Shown piece by piece: positions 1-12,590 of a DNA stretch of 64,000 nt (within the stretch, counting starts at the first letter, position 1; each line of letters starts with the position of its first letter). This DNA comes from Eledone cirrhosa. Lineage: Eukaryota. Under the pieces are notes generated by a model. It made no database searches and was not told the DNA's origin. It saw only the letters and a list, made by a program, of their open reading frames with translations. Made by a program: the position numbers and the translations under genes. Location of the stretch: assembly GCA_964016885.1 (NCBI GenBank), contig OZ024743.1, positions 297,290,001 through 297,354,000 of the forward strand. Reading direction: 5' to 3'.

Positions 1-49
1 TCCGATTCCACCCTGCCCGTCCCTTCAATCTATCTTATTTCTCATTCTT

Positions 50-85
50 TCTTCTGATGAAGGACTAGCGTCCGAAACGTTAAGA
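50..85 (+). ncRNA. Minimal type I hammerhead ribozyme motif within a Penelope-like terminal fragment (about 1-172)
   Basis: TCTT-CTGATGA-A-GGAC-tagc-GTCC-GAA-ACGT-T-AAGA. It has the catalytic core boxes, a 4-bp stem II, a palindromic ACGT in place of stem III, and stem I TCTT/AAGA. Confidence 0.7.
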
Positions 86-189
86 CCCTCTTTCTGTTAT
101 TTCAAGCATTAACCTAATATATTCCTTCCATATACTGTACCAACTGTGTTGGTATTTCTGTTTACCTTTTACATACATATATATATATA

Positions 190-494
190 ACTCTGGGAGG
201 GCTCTGTAGAAACAGTAGACAGCTTTTGCTACCTAGGTGACTGAATTAGCAGCGGAGGTGGGTGTTCGGAAAGTACAGTAGCCAGGGTAAGAATGGGATG
301 GAAGAAGTTCAGGGAGCTACTGCCACTGCTAGGTGCAAAAGGCTTTTCCCTCAAAATGAAAGGCAGACTGTATGATGCATGCATACAAACAGCAATGTTA
401 CATGGTAGTGAGACCTGGGCATTGTGTGTAGAAGGCTTGCGTAGATTAGAAAGAAATGAAGCTTGCATGCTCCGATGGATGTGTAATAGTAACA
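190..494 (+). mobile_element. RTE-clade LINE fragment (post-RT region)
   Basis: ORF 293.. reads GWKKFRELLPLL...KGRLYDACIQTAMLHGSETW...LERNEACMLRWMC and then runs into a TA/CA microsatellite. Confidence 0.8.
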
Positions 495-520
495 TACATA
501 TATATATACATATACACACA

Positions 521-554
<34 letters not shown>

Positions 555-555
555 G

Positions 556-594
<39 letters not shown>

Positions 595-614
595 CATAAA
601 TATGGGGAAGAATA

Positions 615-875
615 GAAGGCATTCCTGTCAGTATAACGTTGAATGTTCCATTTGATCCGATCAACGGAACAGCCTGCTCATGAAATTAACGTGCAAGTGC
701 CTAAGCATTCCACAAACATAGTTCTTGGGGAGATTCAGTGGAACACAGCTGAGTGAACTGGAACAACATGAAATAAAGTGTCTTGCTCAAGGACACAATG
801 CGCTGTCAGGAATTGAACTCATGACCTTACGATCATGAGTCAAATATGCTAACCACAAAGCCACTCACCTTCACA
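615..875 (-). mobile_element. tRNA-derived CORE-type SINE (decayed)
   Basis: Minus strand has a B-box-like GAGTTCAATTCC and CCTTGAGCAAGACACTTTAT. Colinear with the copy at 32580-32905. Confidence 0.75.
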
Positions 876-1194
876 CATAAATATACATACATACATATAC
901 ATACGTATATATACATACATATATATACATACATACGCATACATACATGTATATATATATATATAGTATAAAAGAGAAAACACAGGTAAGCATTAAGAAA
1001 AGTTTTATCCAGGTATTTACGACCGTTTCATTGGTAAGTGCAACCTTATATTGCTATACTGCAAATAGCAATATAAGGAACTGGATCACAATAAGCATTT
1101 TCCTGCTTCTCTAGCTATATATATATATCATCATCATCATCATCATCATTTTATATATATATATATATCATCTTCATCATCATCATTTTATATA

Positions 1195-1243
<49 letters not shown>

Positions 1244-1512
1244 CACAAAAACAAGATTGTGTAGGACAGAACAAAGGAGAGACACAAAATAAAAACCCAG
1301 TCACTGAGGAGGTCACAGAATGTGTGATGAAAGAGCATTGACAATATATAAACAACCATCCGGTTATCGAACCAACCCACCCAACTGGAAATTTATAATA
1401 AATTGATATGAAAACTAACAGGTGCATGTGTTTTTATTGGCAGCATGACCCTCCCAACGTATAACAATATATATAGAGAGTCTATTATAATAACCCATTA
1501 TTATTAACTATC

Positions 1513-1700
1513 AAGGGCGATGGATTGGCAGTATCGGTAGAGGGTCGGACGCCATGCTTTCCAGCATAGTTACGTCCCTTTATGATCTGAGTTCAAATCC
1601 CGCCGAGGTTGACTTTGCCTTTCATCCTTACAGGGTCGATAAAATAAAGTACCAGTAATGCACTGGGTAATTGCTGGCCTTGTGCCTAAAGTAGAAACAA
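1513..1700 (+). mobile_element. tRNA-derived SINE, family S1
   Basis: A-box TGGCAGTATCGGT, B-box GAGTTCAAATCC, conserved GCCTTTCATCCTTACAGGGTCGATAAAAT body. TSD TTATTAACT(A/G)TCAA at 1501 and 1701. Confidence 0.9.
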
Positions 1701-2099
1701 TTATTAACTGTCAATAGATCAACTAATCACTGAATCAACATCATAACCTCCTCACCTTTCTTTCCCTAAAACTATTTCACCTCTTCCATTATATCCTATC
1801 ATGTTCTCTTCACCTCTCACATAACTTTCAATTTAGTAATTTATCCTTTATTTATCACTGTATTATTTCTTCATAATATAACCCTCTGTAATTTAACCAA
1901 TACATATGTGTATATATTTAATATTTTCATATTTATACCATCACATCTTTATACGTACACACCACTATAATTTTAACCACCACCACCACCACAACTATTT
2001 TCAACGATCATATTATGTTCACTTTTTTTCACACATATATATTTTTTTACTTATTTTTTATCATCTTCATTCTAACTTATTTATAATTATTTATTTATT

Positions 2100-2245
2100 T
2101 ATTATTTATTTTTTTTCTTTTTTTTCTTTCTTTTTTTTTTCTTTTTTTTCTTTTTTTTCTTTTTTTTTCTTTTTTTTTTCTTTTTCTTTTTTTTTCTTTT
2201 TTTTTCTTTTTTCTTTTTCTCTCTCTCTTTTTCTTTTTCTTTCAT
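2100..2245. repeat. T-rich low-complexity tract
   Basis: Runs of T interrupted by single C. Confidence 0.9.
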
Positions 2246-2504
2246 TATTACTGATCTTGTAATTTGAATTTTCCTAGTATATTACAAATGCGGTGTATAA
2301 TATTAATCACTTATTCTGATGATTTGATTAGGCATAAATTGTATTTAAAATTGAATGACACTTCAAGTGATTAGCAATTTTTAGACACCCTAATCAATGA
2401 AACAATTGTTAATACTGTAAATAAAACCCTTTTTGTACTGCTGACATGTTATTCTTCACTCTTTTCACTATATATATATACATAAAATGTAAGTGTTGAT
2501 GTAT

Positions 2505-2716
2505 ATATGTAAAAGGTAAACAGAAATAACAAAAATAACAAAACAAATGATACATGGAAGAAATATATTAGTTTAATGCTTGAAATAGCAGAAAGAGAGA
2601 ACAAGTGTCCAAAACGTTAAGACTTTCTTCCTGCTATTTCAAGTTTTAAACTAATATATTTTTTCTATGTACTGTGTTGTTATTTTTTTAATTTCTATTC
2701 ACTTTTTACATATACA
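2505..2716. mobile_element. Inverted pair of Penelope-like terminal fragments
   Basis: 2505-2600 is the reverse complement of about 88-175. 2607-2716 is a direct degenerate copy of about 70-175. Confidence 0.65.
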
Positions 2717-2857
2717 AGGTCTCCCAACCAATCTTGCCTCAAGTGGAACAAAACCGTCCAACCCATGCTAGCATGGAAAGATGGATGTTAAATGATGATG
2801 ATAAGGATGATGATGATATATATATATACATATATATACATATTTATATACACACAC

Positions 2858-2995
2858 ATCATCATCATCATCGCATTTGCGTCTCCTTTTCCATGCTTAC
2901 ATGAGTTGAACGGGTCCTTCTCAACATAGCATCTCTCCACTTGTCACGTTCCTTCATCATCTCTGCTGCCAGTCTTAGTGATTTGAGGTTCGCTC
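2858..2995 (-). mobile_element. RTE 3' end fragment with (GAT)n tail
   Basis: Minus strand reads LKSLRLAAEMMKERDKWRDAMLRRT then a GAT tail. Homologous to 15320-15385. Confidence 0.65.
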
Positions 2996-3079
2996 TCATA
3001 TATATATAGCGTAGGTGGTTCAGTGAATTACTGGTGTTGGTACCATACCAAAGCAAGCAATCTATGCACAGGCAGAGTG

Positions 3080-3335
3080 TATATAATACAAAAAAATGAG
3101 GAAGTTTTATTTACATATAAAAATATTTTTTGTGTATCGACCTGTTATGCACATTTCGTAGAGGATTGTCTCAAGATCACCCATAGAACTTATGAACCCA
3201 ACTCTACTATCGATCTGCTCTCCAGACTCGCGATGTGACCTTGAGCCAATCCTCTGAAATGCGCGTAACAGGTTGATACACAATAAATATCTTTTATTTG
3301 TAAAGGAAACTTCCACATTTTTTCTATTATATATA
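3080..3335. repeat. About 100-bp-arm imperfect inverted repeat, TA-flanked
   Basis: AAAAAATGAGGAAGTTT...GAGGATTGTCTCAAGATCAC (3092-3180) pairs with GTGACCTTGAGCCAATCCTC...AAACTTCCACATTTTTT (3235-3323). Confidence 0.85.
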
Positions 3336-3833
3336 TATATATATATATATATATTCATTTCATTTTCATTTCATTTTACATCCGCTTTTTCCCTGCTTGC
3401 AAGGGTGGGACGGGAACTGATTCTGGCTTGATTTCTACAGCTGGATGCCCTTCCTAACACCAACCTCATTTACAGTGAATGCTGGGTGCTTTATATATGC
3501 ACACACATATATATATATATATGCACACACACTCACCATCAATACATATATACCAATACTTATAATACTACACATACATCAATGATACTATTATTATATA
3601 TACATTAAAATTGCATATACATTATTACTACTACTGTACATATACATATGCTACTGTTACTATATATATACTAATATTACACATGCATTACTCCTGTTAT
3701 TACTGTATACAGTGGGTACGGAATGTTTATAGGAAAACAAAAATCAAGTACATTCAGAGAAGAAAAAAAATTAATACTCAATATAATGTTCAAACAGAAA
3801 ATACGCTTGTAAATATTTGTTCTATGTATTTTT

Positions 3834-4008
3834 ATATGCAGTGTATACAAATATATATGCAGTGTATACAAATATATATGCAGTGTATACAAATATATAT
3901 GCAGTGTATACAAATATATATGCAGTGTATACAAATATATATGCACTGTATACAAATATATATGCAGTGTATACAAATATATATGCACTGTATACAAATA
4001 TATATGCT
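3834..4008. repeat. 21-bp minisatellite, about 8 copies
   Basis: Unit TATATATGCAGTGTATACAAA. Confidence 0.95.
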
Positions 4009-4189
4009 ATAAACACGAATATATGTACAGTAGGACACCATATCGGACAGCAATATAAGTAATGGGTTGGGAGTACATTCACTAAAATTAAGTGCTGCTA
4101 TTAACTGGTCAAACAGCCATATCAATATTTGTTAACTAGTTGGCTGATCCACCCACTCGTTCACCGAATAACTCTTTCATTCACTCACT

Positions 4190-5695
4190 CAATCATTTAT
4201 TCACCCAATCAAACAATCACTACCCCATTCCCTCATTGTCTTACCACCTCCCTCATTGCCTCACTGTTTCCCTTTCTCACTCATTCACTGTCTCACTACA
4301 TCATTCATTCACTGTCTCCCTTCCTGACTCATTCACTCACTGCCTCACCACCTCATTCATCCATTTACTGTCTCACTACCTCACTCATTCACTGTCTCCC
4401 TGCCTGACTCATTCACTCACTGTCTCACCACCTCATTCATCCATTTACTGTCTCACTACCTCACTCATTCACTGTCTCCCTTCCTGACTCATTCACTCAC
4501 TATCTCACTACCTAATTCATCCATTTACTGTCTCACTACCTCACTCATTCACTGTCTCCCTTCCTGACTCATTCACTCACTGTCTCGCCACCTCATTCAT
4601 CCATTTACTGTCTCACTACCTCACTCATTCACTGTCTCCCTTCCTGACTCATTCACTCACTATCTCACTACCTAATTCATCCATTTACTGTCTCACTACC
4701 TCACTCATTCACTGTCTCCCTTCCTGACTCATTCACTCACTGTCTCGCCACCTCATTCATCCATTTACTGTCTCACTACCTCATTCATTCACTGTCTCCC
4801 TTCCTGACTCATTCACTCACTATCTCACTACATCATTCATTCACTGTCTTCCTTCCTGACTCATTCACTCACTGTCCCACTACCTCAGTCATCCATTTAT
4901 TGTCTCACTACCTCATTCATTCACTGTCTCCCTTCCTGACTCATTCACTCACTGTCCCACTACCTCAGTCATCCATTTATTGTCTCACTACCTCATTCAT
5001 TCGCTGTCTCCCTTCCTGACTCATTCACTCACTGTCCCACTACCTCAGTCATCCATTTACTGTCTCACTACCTCATTCATTCACTGTCTCCCTTCCTGAC
5101 TCATTCACTCACTGTCTCACTACTTCATTCATTCACTGTCTCCCTTCCTGACTCATTCACTCACTGTCCCACCACCTCACTCATTCACTCACTATCTCAC
5201 TACCTCACTCATTTGGTCACTGTCCCACCAACTCATTCATTCACTCACTGTCCCACCACCTCACTCATTCACTCACTGTCCCACCACCTCACCCATTTGG
5301 TCACTGTCTCACTACATCATTCATTCACTCACTGTCTCACTACATCATTCATTCATTCACTGTCTCCCTTTCTAACTCATTCACTCACTGTCCCACCACC
5401 TCACTCATTTGATCACTGTCTCACTACCTCACTCATTCACTCACTGTCTCACTACATCATTCATTATTCACTGTCTCCCTTTCTAACTCATTCACTCACT
5501 GTCCCACCACCTCACTCATTTGATCACTGTCTCACTACCTCACTCATTCACTCACTTACTGTCTCATTCCTTCACTGTTTCACTACCTCATGCCCCCACT
5601 CATTGTCACTCACTGTCTCACTACTTCATTCACTGTTTCCCTTACTCATTCATTCACTATCTCACTACCTCATTCATTCCTTCACTATCTCACTC
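4190..5695. repeat. TCAC/TCAT-derived minisatellite with 80-bp unit
   Basis: CCATTTACTG recurs at 4361, 4441, 4521, 4601, 4681 and 4761. The unit is built from three related subunits of 24-28 bp. Confidence 0.95.
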
Positions 5696-6144
5696 CAGTA
5701 ATGGGTTGTATGGTTGAAGCTGAGAAGAAATATGTATGATAGATGTTTTGAGCAGCCCCACCTCCTGGAGAATAAATTGGGAACACTGTCCTCTGAATTC
5801 CTTCACTGATAACTTACCCAATATCTTATTGAGTTCTTCATTCATTTACTCATTCACTCACTTGCTCATTTAAACACCCTCTGATCACTCACTGACTCAT
5901 GTACACAAACACACACTCACACACCCTTTCATACACACTCTTTCACTCACACACAGACACACATACACACTCATACACTCACTCACATACACACACACAC
6001 ACACACACCAACACACACACATTTACTGACACTCTCATTCCTCTGCTTACACACATGCACACTCTTTTATGCAAACTCACAAACACTTTCACTCACTCAC
6101 ACGCGCAGTCATTCACTATCATTCTCATTCTTTCACTCACACAG

Positions 6145-6547
6145 TCACTCAATGTCTAACTCACTCCCACCTTCTCATCAAGTGTTACTCCCAGAAAATG
6201 TTGTAGTGATTATATGGATTCAATGACCTTGTAGCAATATAAATATAGAAAGAACTATTGGTAAACATTTCCCCAAATTTCTTTCTGTTTAATAACAGTG
6301 TCTATTTCCTACTGCGTCATATCATTCATTCAATATTTCATTCATTTAGTCACTCACACACACACTCACTTAATGTCTAACTCACTCCAAGCTTGGCATC
6401 AGGTATTACTCCTAGAATATGTTGTGGTGAAGACATGGATTACAATGGGCCAGCAGTGATATAAATATACAAGCAGCTATTGGTGAAAATTCCCCCTGAA
6501 ATTTCTCCCTGGCCAATAATGGAATCTGTTCTCAACTGCGTCATATC
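6145..6547. repeat. Diverged tandem duplication of about 180 bp
   Basis: AATGTCTAACTCACTCC ... ACTGCGTCATATC occurs at about 6151-6324 and 6372-6547. Confidence 0.85.
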
Positions 6548-6679
6548 CGTTTCAATGGACGTCAGTTAACTACGTATTGATACTGCTGTATCTGTATTTT
6601 GGTTTAAAAATGGTAAAATTATATTGATGATGGGGATAAAGACAGTGGTGATGATGGTAGTGGTGGCTGTAAAGATAGG

Positions 6680-6791
<112 letters not shown>

Positions 6792-6945
6792 AAATAGAAC
6801 TGTTCATTATAAACAAAATAGCAATACATTTTATTGATTTGAATATATGTACCCATACGCACACACACATATATACATATGTATGTATATATATACAGAT
6901 ATATATATACACACATACACACATTATATATGTGTGGGTGGGTGA

Positions 6946-6988
<43 letters not shown>

Positions 6989-7439
6989 TGTATAAATATG
7001 TATACATACACACACACACATTATATATATGCATACAAATATGCATGTGCACGTGTTTGTGGTGTGTGTATAGCATTTCTGTTCACATTTGTTTCCATTT
7101 CCAGGGGTATTTTACCCAATTTTCTCAATTATTATTTATATTCATCGACTAATAATGTAATAATTTGGCTTGGGATGTACACACTTCAAATATAATATAA
7201 TGTATGTGCATATACATGTATATATATACATGGTGGAAGTCAATTTGTATCCGAGTATGACTACCTCAAAAGTATGACTTGACAAAACATGTTACTCATG
7301 TTGGCTTAGATGGTTCATCAAACCAAGAAGTGATTTACATGTCATATTATTCCTTGTGAAGGTAAATTTACTACATACTTGAATTTGGTTGGCATGACAT
7401 GCTTTGTAGTGCCATGTTATCCCACCTACAGAATGAATA

Positions 7440-8495
7440 ACTTATTTTGTTATTGTCTCTGATTGATCTGTTCGATTCTGTGCTGGATGTTTGTGTTAAG
7501 AGAGGTGACTGAACTGTCAACTGATTACCATCGAGTTATCTGCAGCCTGAGACATCCTAAAGCCAAAGAAGCCCACAAAACATGCAGATCTAGGTTGACC
7601 TAAAGGATAAAGTGGAAAGTAGTGGGGAATAAGGAAGTCAAGACCAGGTATGTGGATACTATTACATCCAAATTCAGAGAAGTCACTGAGCAAATTGAGG
7701 ATGTTGAAATGGATTGGAGACTGTTCAACTTGGCAGTTTCTGCTTCAGCTGTTAAATTTTGGGAGTGATAATGGATTGGTGTGGCTGGAGAATGCTTTGG
7801 TTCAATCAAGTGGACAGAAATGTTATTAGATAAAAAAAAAAGGAATCTTACAGAGCTTTGCTTAGAAATAAGTCTTCCTTTTTGCTCTTGTAGTACAAGC
7901 AGTTGCAAAAGGTTGCAGCAGAGACAGTAAAGGAGTCCAAAGTTAAGACATGGGAGGACTTTGGTGTTAAGCTGGAATCCGACTTCAAATCAGCAAAAAA
8001 AGTATTCTGATAGACTTCGTCATAAGTCTTCATTTATTCCTGCTATCAGGAACACATCTGGAGTTCTCCTTTCTTCAGAGAGGTGCATCCTTGTGAGGTG
8101 AAGAAAATAATTTGCTGATCTCTCAAACCTAGTCACAACAGCATCTTCTGATGTACAGGAGGTGCATCTAGAAGCGATGACTAACCTCTCGGAGGCTGAT
8201 ATCACAAGGGCAATTAAAGAGCTCAAATGTGGAAAGCCAGATGGGGATGATGAAATTTGGCCTGAGGTGTTAAAAACCTTAAATAGAGAAGGTATTCTCT
8301 GGCTGATTCATGTGTCCTGGATTGCTTGAATCTTTGGAAATGCTCCTAAGCAATGGCAATGAGGAGTGATAATCTTAATTTTCAAAAAGAGAGACAAGAA
8401 AGATTGCTCCTGTTATAGAGGGATCTCCTTGCTAAGCCTCCCTGGTAAAATCTATAACAAGTGTCTGGCAAATAAATGGAGGGATATCGTTGAGT
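7440..8495 (+). mobile_element. Decayed RTE-clade LINE (end of APE domain to start of RT)
   Basis: Reads ELSTDYHRVIC, then GKPDGDDEI.PEVLK, then IFKKRDKKDCSCYRGISLLSLPGKIY, with many stops. Homologous to 36500-37450 (-). Confidence 0.85.
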
Positions 8496-9869
8496 CTTTT
8501 ACACCTACCTCCTTATTCCCTGCAGCCCATCCTCAAGGTGGTTTCTCTGGAAATTTACTCAGTGAGGTTGTGTGTCAATGTGGTATCACTGGCTTGTTGT
8601 GTACTTTAAATTGAGTGTCTACATGTAAATATTTGGTAACCTCTGAGAGGACAACTCTGCTTCTTATAAAAAAACAATGCCCCCATGGATGAACGGAATA
8701 AGGTCATGTTGAAGGAATACATGAGATGATTAATAAAAGCCAGACTATTTAGATTGTCACAGTAACAGTGATTGATAGAATTATTATTTTCTATTTTTCT
8801 TTTGTTTTTCTTTTATTCTTTTTGGAATTTAGAAACTCCATAAGCACCCAAACCTTCTCCTTGGGACACAGATTTCGAAAATCAAATCCATTTTTCTCTA
8901 GGATGAAGAATGCATATATATGCAAAAATTTAGAGTATAAAATATATATATATATATAAAACAGTAAAATGTTGAGATGTCCTTAATTACCGCATTTTGG
9001 CGTACGTCACCTAGATATTGTTGAGTGTATATTTGTCTTATTAAGATACAATGTTCAGTTGTAATTTAGGAAAGTTTCATATAGTTTATGTTTACAAGCT
9101 GAAATTGTCTCAGATTTTTTGTTTGGTGTAAAGGATTTACAAGGTTTCAGCACCACAAAGATCATAACCGCAGCACAAATATCATAACAGCAGCACAAAG
9201 TTCACAAGAACATCTTTTATTAAATAATTAGCCACAATACACATTTCTGTCGTGAAATATTTATGTCATGATACTATGATGCAATTCATAACACAGAGTC
9301 TTCAGATGGCCCATTTGTAAGGTACTGTAATGTATTAATATGGAGAGGGACTTGTCTTTGATGTTGTTATTTCAAAGGCCTGTCTCCATATGAGTTTATA
9401 ATTCACATTAATTTTGCAGTGTGTGTTGGTAAATGTAGTTTAGAGGAGTCCGAATTTTGATCACTCATTATTGCCATGTCTGCTTGCCCCTGATTTTGAA
9501 GTCGATTGATGTTACTGAAAAGTGTTTCCTTTACCATAAAACTTTGTTCTTAATACCCCCAATTTCTGCTTTGATGTGGCTGTAGCAGGTGAAAAATGTG
9601 TTGTGTCCATCCACATTCTTATTTTTTGAGGGGTGTCAGACTGAACGCTGTATGTGTTTCAGTTTTCTAGCATCAGGCAGCCAAGCATAACATTAAGTTT
9701 ATTAATACCAAGTGTAGCTGCTTTGCCATAGTTTTATGAGACTTTCTTCCAAATGAATATCTATTCTGCAGGGGCCTTTTTTGATTGCAGCTTCTTTCTT
9801 ATTCTTCTACCCCCACATATTCCTGAGAGGGTCAAGGGGGAAGAGTCCCCAAACACTCCTTCCAGCAGG

Positions 9870-10555
9870 TACTGTCAGAAGTAACTGTTTCCAACTGATC
9901 TGGTTGGATCCCCAAGAGAGACTAGCTTAGCTCATGGATGATATCCAACCATGTTGCTCAGGGTCTACTCCTGGGCCTCCTGTTCGTTGGTTTTGCCCTT
10001 AAAATCTGTCCAGCGATTCTTCCCTGAGACATTCTAATTACATGCTCATAGTATCGGAGCTGTGATCTCTCAATTCAGAGAAGTAGTGGCTCTGTCTCGA
10101 GTGACTCCATGATCTCCTAGCTATGCATTCTATCGAGTAACATTACTCCAAAGACCCTTCAGAGGAACCCCATTTCGGCCACATGTATTCATGGTTGTAT
10201 TCTTTCGATCATTACCCAAGATCCATGACCATAGGTAAGAGTTGTCATGAAAACTGAATTGAAGATAGAGAGTTTGGCTTTTCGACCTACCTCCCTTCTT
10301 CTGATTACTGAATGCTGAAGATGGTGCATTACTGCACCAGCCCCTTCAATTCTTGCAATTAATTCAGCCTCCTGCCTTCCATCATTAATAAACATGGCCC
10401 CAAGATACATGAACTTCTCCACCTACTTCAGTGGAAATCCATACACACGTAGAGAGTACAGGCTTCCTTGAGAGGACAAATGTTTCTATTTTTACAGCAC
10501 TGATTTTCATTCCTCCAGCCATGCAACACTTGGCATCAAACCTATCCAGTGCAAG
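9870..10555 (-). mobile_element. Decayed RTE-clade LINE (RT C-terminal half)
   Basis: EKFMYLGAMFINDGRQEAELIARI...KAKLSIFNSVFMTTLTYGHGSWVM. Confidence 0.85.
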
Positions 10556-11469
10556 TCACTATTATTTATGAAAAAATTTTAAATTTTTCTGTTAATGAAG
10601 AATCTAAGTAGAGTCAAATTTCGTTAAATGAAGACTCATTGCATTAACTTTCAGTTATTTTTCGGAAACAATAACCAAAATCTAATGGAAATGAATATGC
10701 AAAAAAATATTTCGCCAAACAGAGGGTTGGCAGGTCCCTTCAGTTGTGTCAAGGATATGACAACCTCTCTAGTGTCGGTAATTCACACGATAAATGCACC
10801 CAGTACACACTGTAAAGTGGTTGGTGATAGGAAGGGGATCCAGCCAAAGAAATCTTACCAAATAAAGGGTTGGGAGTACCCTCAGTTGTGTCAAAGGCAT
10901 GACACCCTTTCCTGAGCACTCCATGGAATCTGAGACCATACATAAATGAGACACAGATCCCTGGCCTGCCTGGGAAATCAGTAGTTCCACTTCAGTAGCT
11001 AGTCCAACTTATAGAGTGGACTAGGTAATTTTGTCGTGTCACCAGCACTACTACCTTACTGGTTAGATTAGGTGCTTTTTGTCATGTCACCAGTATGAAT
11101 ACCTCACGGGGTGGATTGAGTGCTTTTTTCATCTCGTCGGCATGACCATCTTACAGGGTGGACTGGGTGATTTTTCTCATGTCACGTGACTATTAAATTA
11201 AACTTCAGAACTGACAGTCCACCTTCACCAATATCTAACTATTATCAGAAGTGTGAGGTATATGTGTGTGTATGTATGTGTGGTGTATACATGTGTGTGT
11301 GCATATTTCTGTGGGCATGTATGTGTGTGTGTATGTTTGTATGTGTGTGTGTATGTGTATGTTGTGTGTATGTGCATCTATCTTTGTATGTGTGAGTGCA
11401 TGTGTTATGGGTACTTTAGTTAAAGGGAGAAAGTTAATGGTGCTGTGAATTCTACTGGCTGTGTAATCA

Positions 11470-11764
11470 CTACTGCTGTAGTTGTTACTGCTGTAATTGT
11501 TGCTGCTGTAGTTGTTACTGCTGTAGTTGTTACTGCTGTAGTTGTTACTACAGTAGTTGCTACTGATGTAGTAGAGTTGTTACCACTATAGTTGTTTGGA
11601 TATTATTGCTGCAGTTGTAGTGGCTGTTCTTTTATTTTTTTGTTTGTACCTATTGTTGCAGTAGTACTTGTAATAGCTGTTGTAACTGTGGCTTTTATTT
11701 ACAGTTCTTCTTTACTACCACTGCTGCTACTACTACCACTACTGCCACCACCACCACCACCACC

Positions 11765-11818
<54 letters not shown>

Positions 11819-11827
11819 GTTACCCCC

Positions 11828-11878
<51 letters not shown>

Positions 11879-11998
11879 TTACTACTACTACTACTACTGT
11901 TACCACCACCACCACCACCACCACCACCACCACCACCACCACCACCACCACCACCACCACCACCACCACCACCACCACCACCACCACCACCACTACTG

Positions 11999-12057
<59 letters not shown>

Positions 12058-12120
12058 GTTACCACCACCACCTCCACCACCACCACCACCACCACCACCA
12101 CCACCACCACCACCACCACC

Positions 12121-12192
<72 letters not shown>

Positions 12193-12590
12193 GTTACCAC
12201 CACCAACACCACCACCACTACTACTACTACTGTTGCTACCACCACCACCACCACCACCACCACTACTGGTGATAGTAGCGGTATTAGCCGTAGTAGTGAT
12301 TGTGGTGATGGTGATAATGGCAGTGTTGTTGCTATTGCTGTTATTGATGATGATGATGATGTTGGAGGTGGTGATGATGGTTGTGGTGCCGGTGATAATG
12401 ATGGTGGTGATGATGAAGGTGATGGTGATGATGGTGGTGATGATGAAGGTGATGGTGATGATGGTGATGATGATGAAGGTGATGGTGATGATGGTGATGA
12501 TGATGAAGGTGATGGGGATGATAATGGTAGTGGTGGTGGTGATAATGATAGTGGTGATGATGATAGTAGTGATAGTGATGGTGGTGCTAT
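11470..12590. repeat. Compound trinucleotide microsatellite: (CTA)n/(CAC)n then (GAT/GGT)n
   Basis: Alternating TAC and CAC blocks to about 12266, then GAT/GGT repeats. Confidence 0.95.

Noticed and set aside
1513-1610. tRNA gene
   Set aside because: The A/B boxes belong to a multicopy SINE with TSDs, and there is no cloverleaf.
9200-9860. Possible decayed transposase on the minus strand
   Set aside because: No catalytic motif or terminal repeat could be identified.
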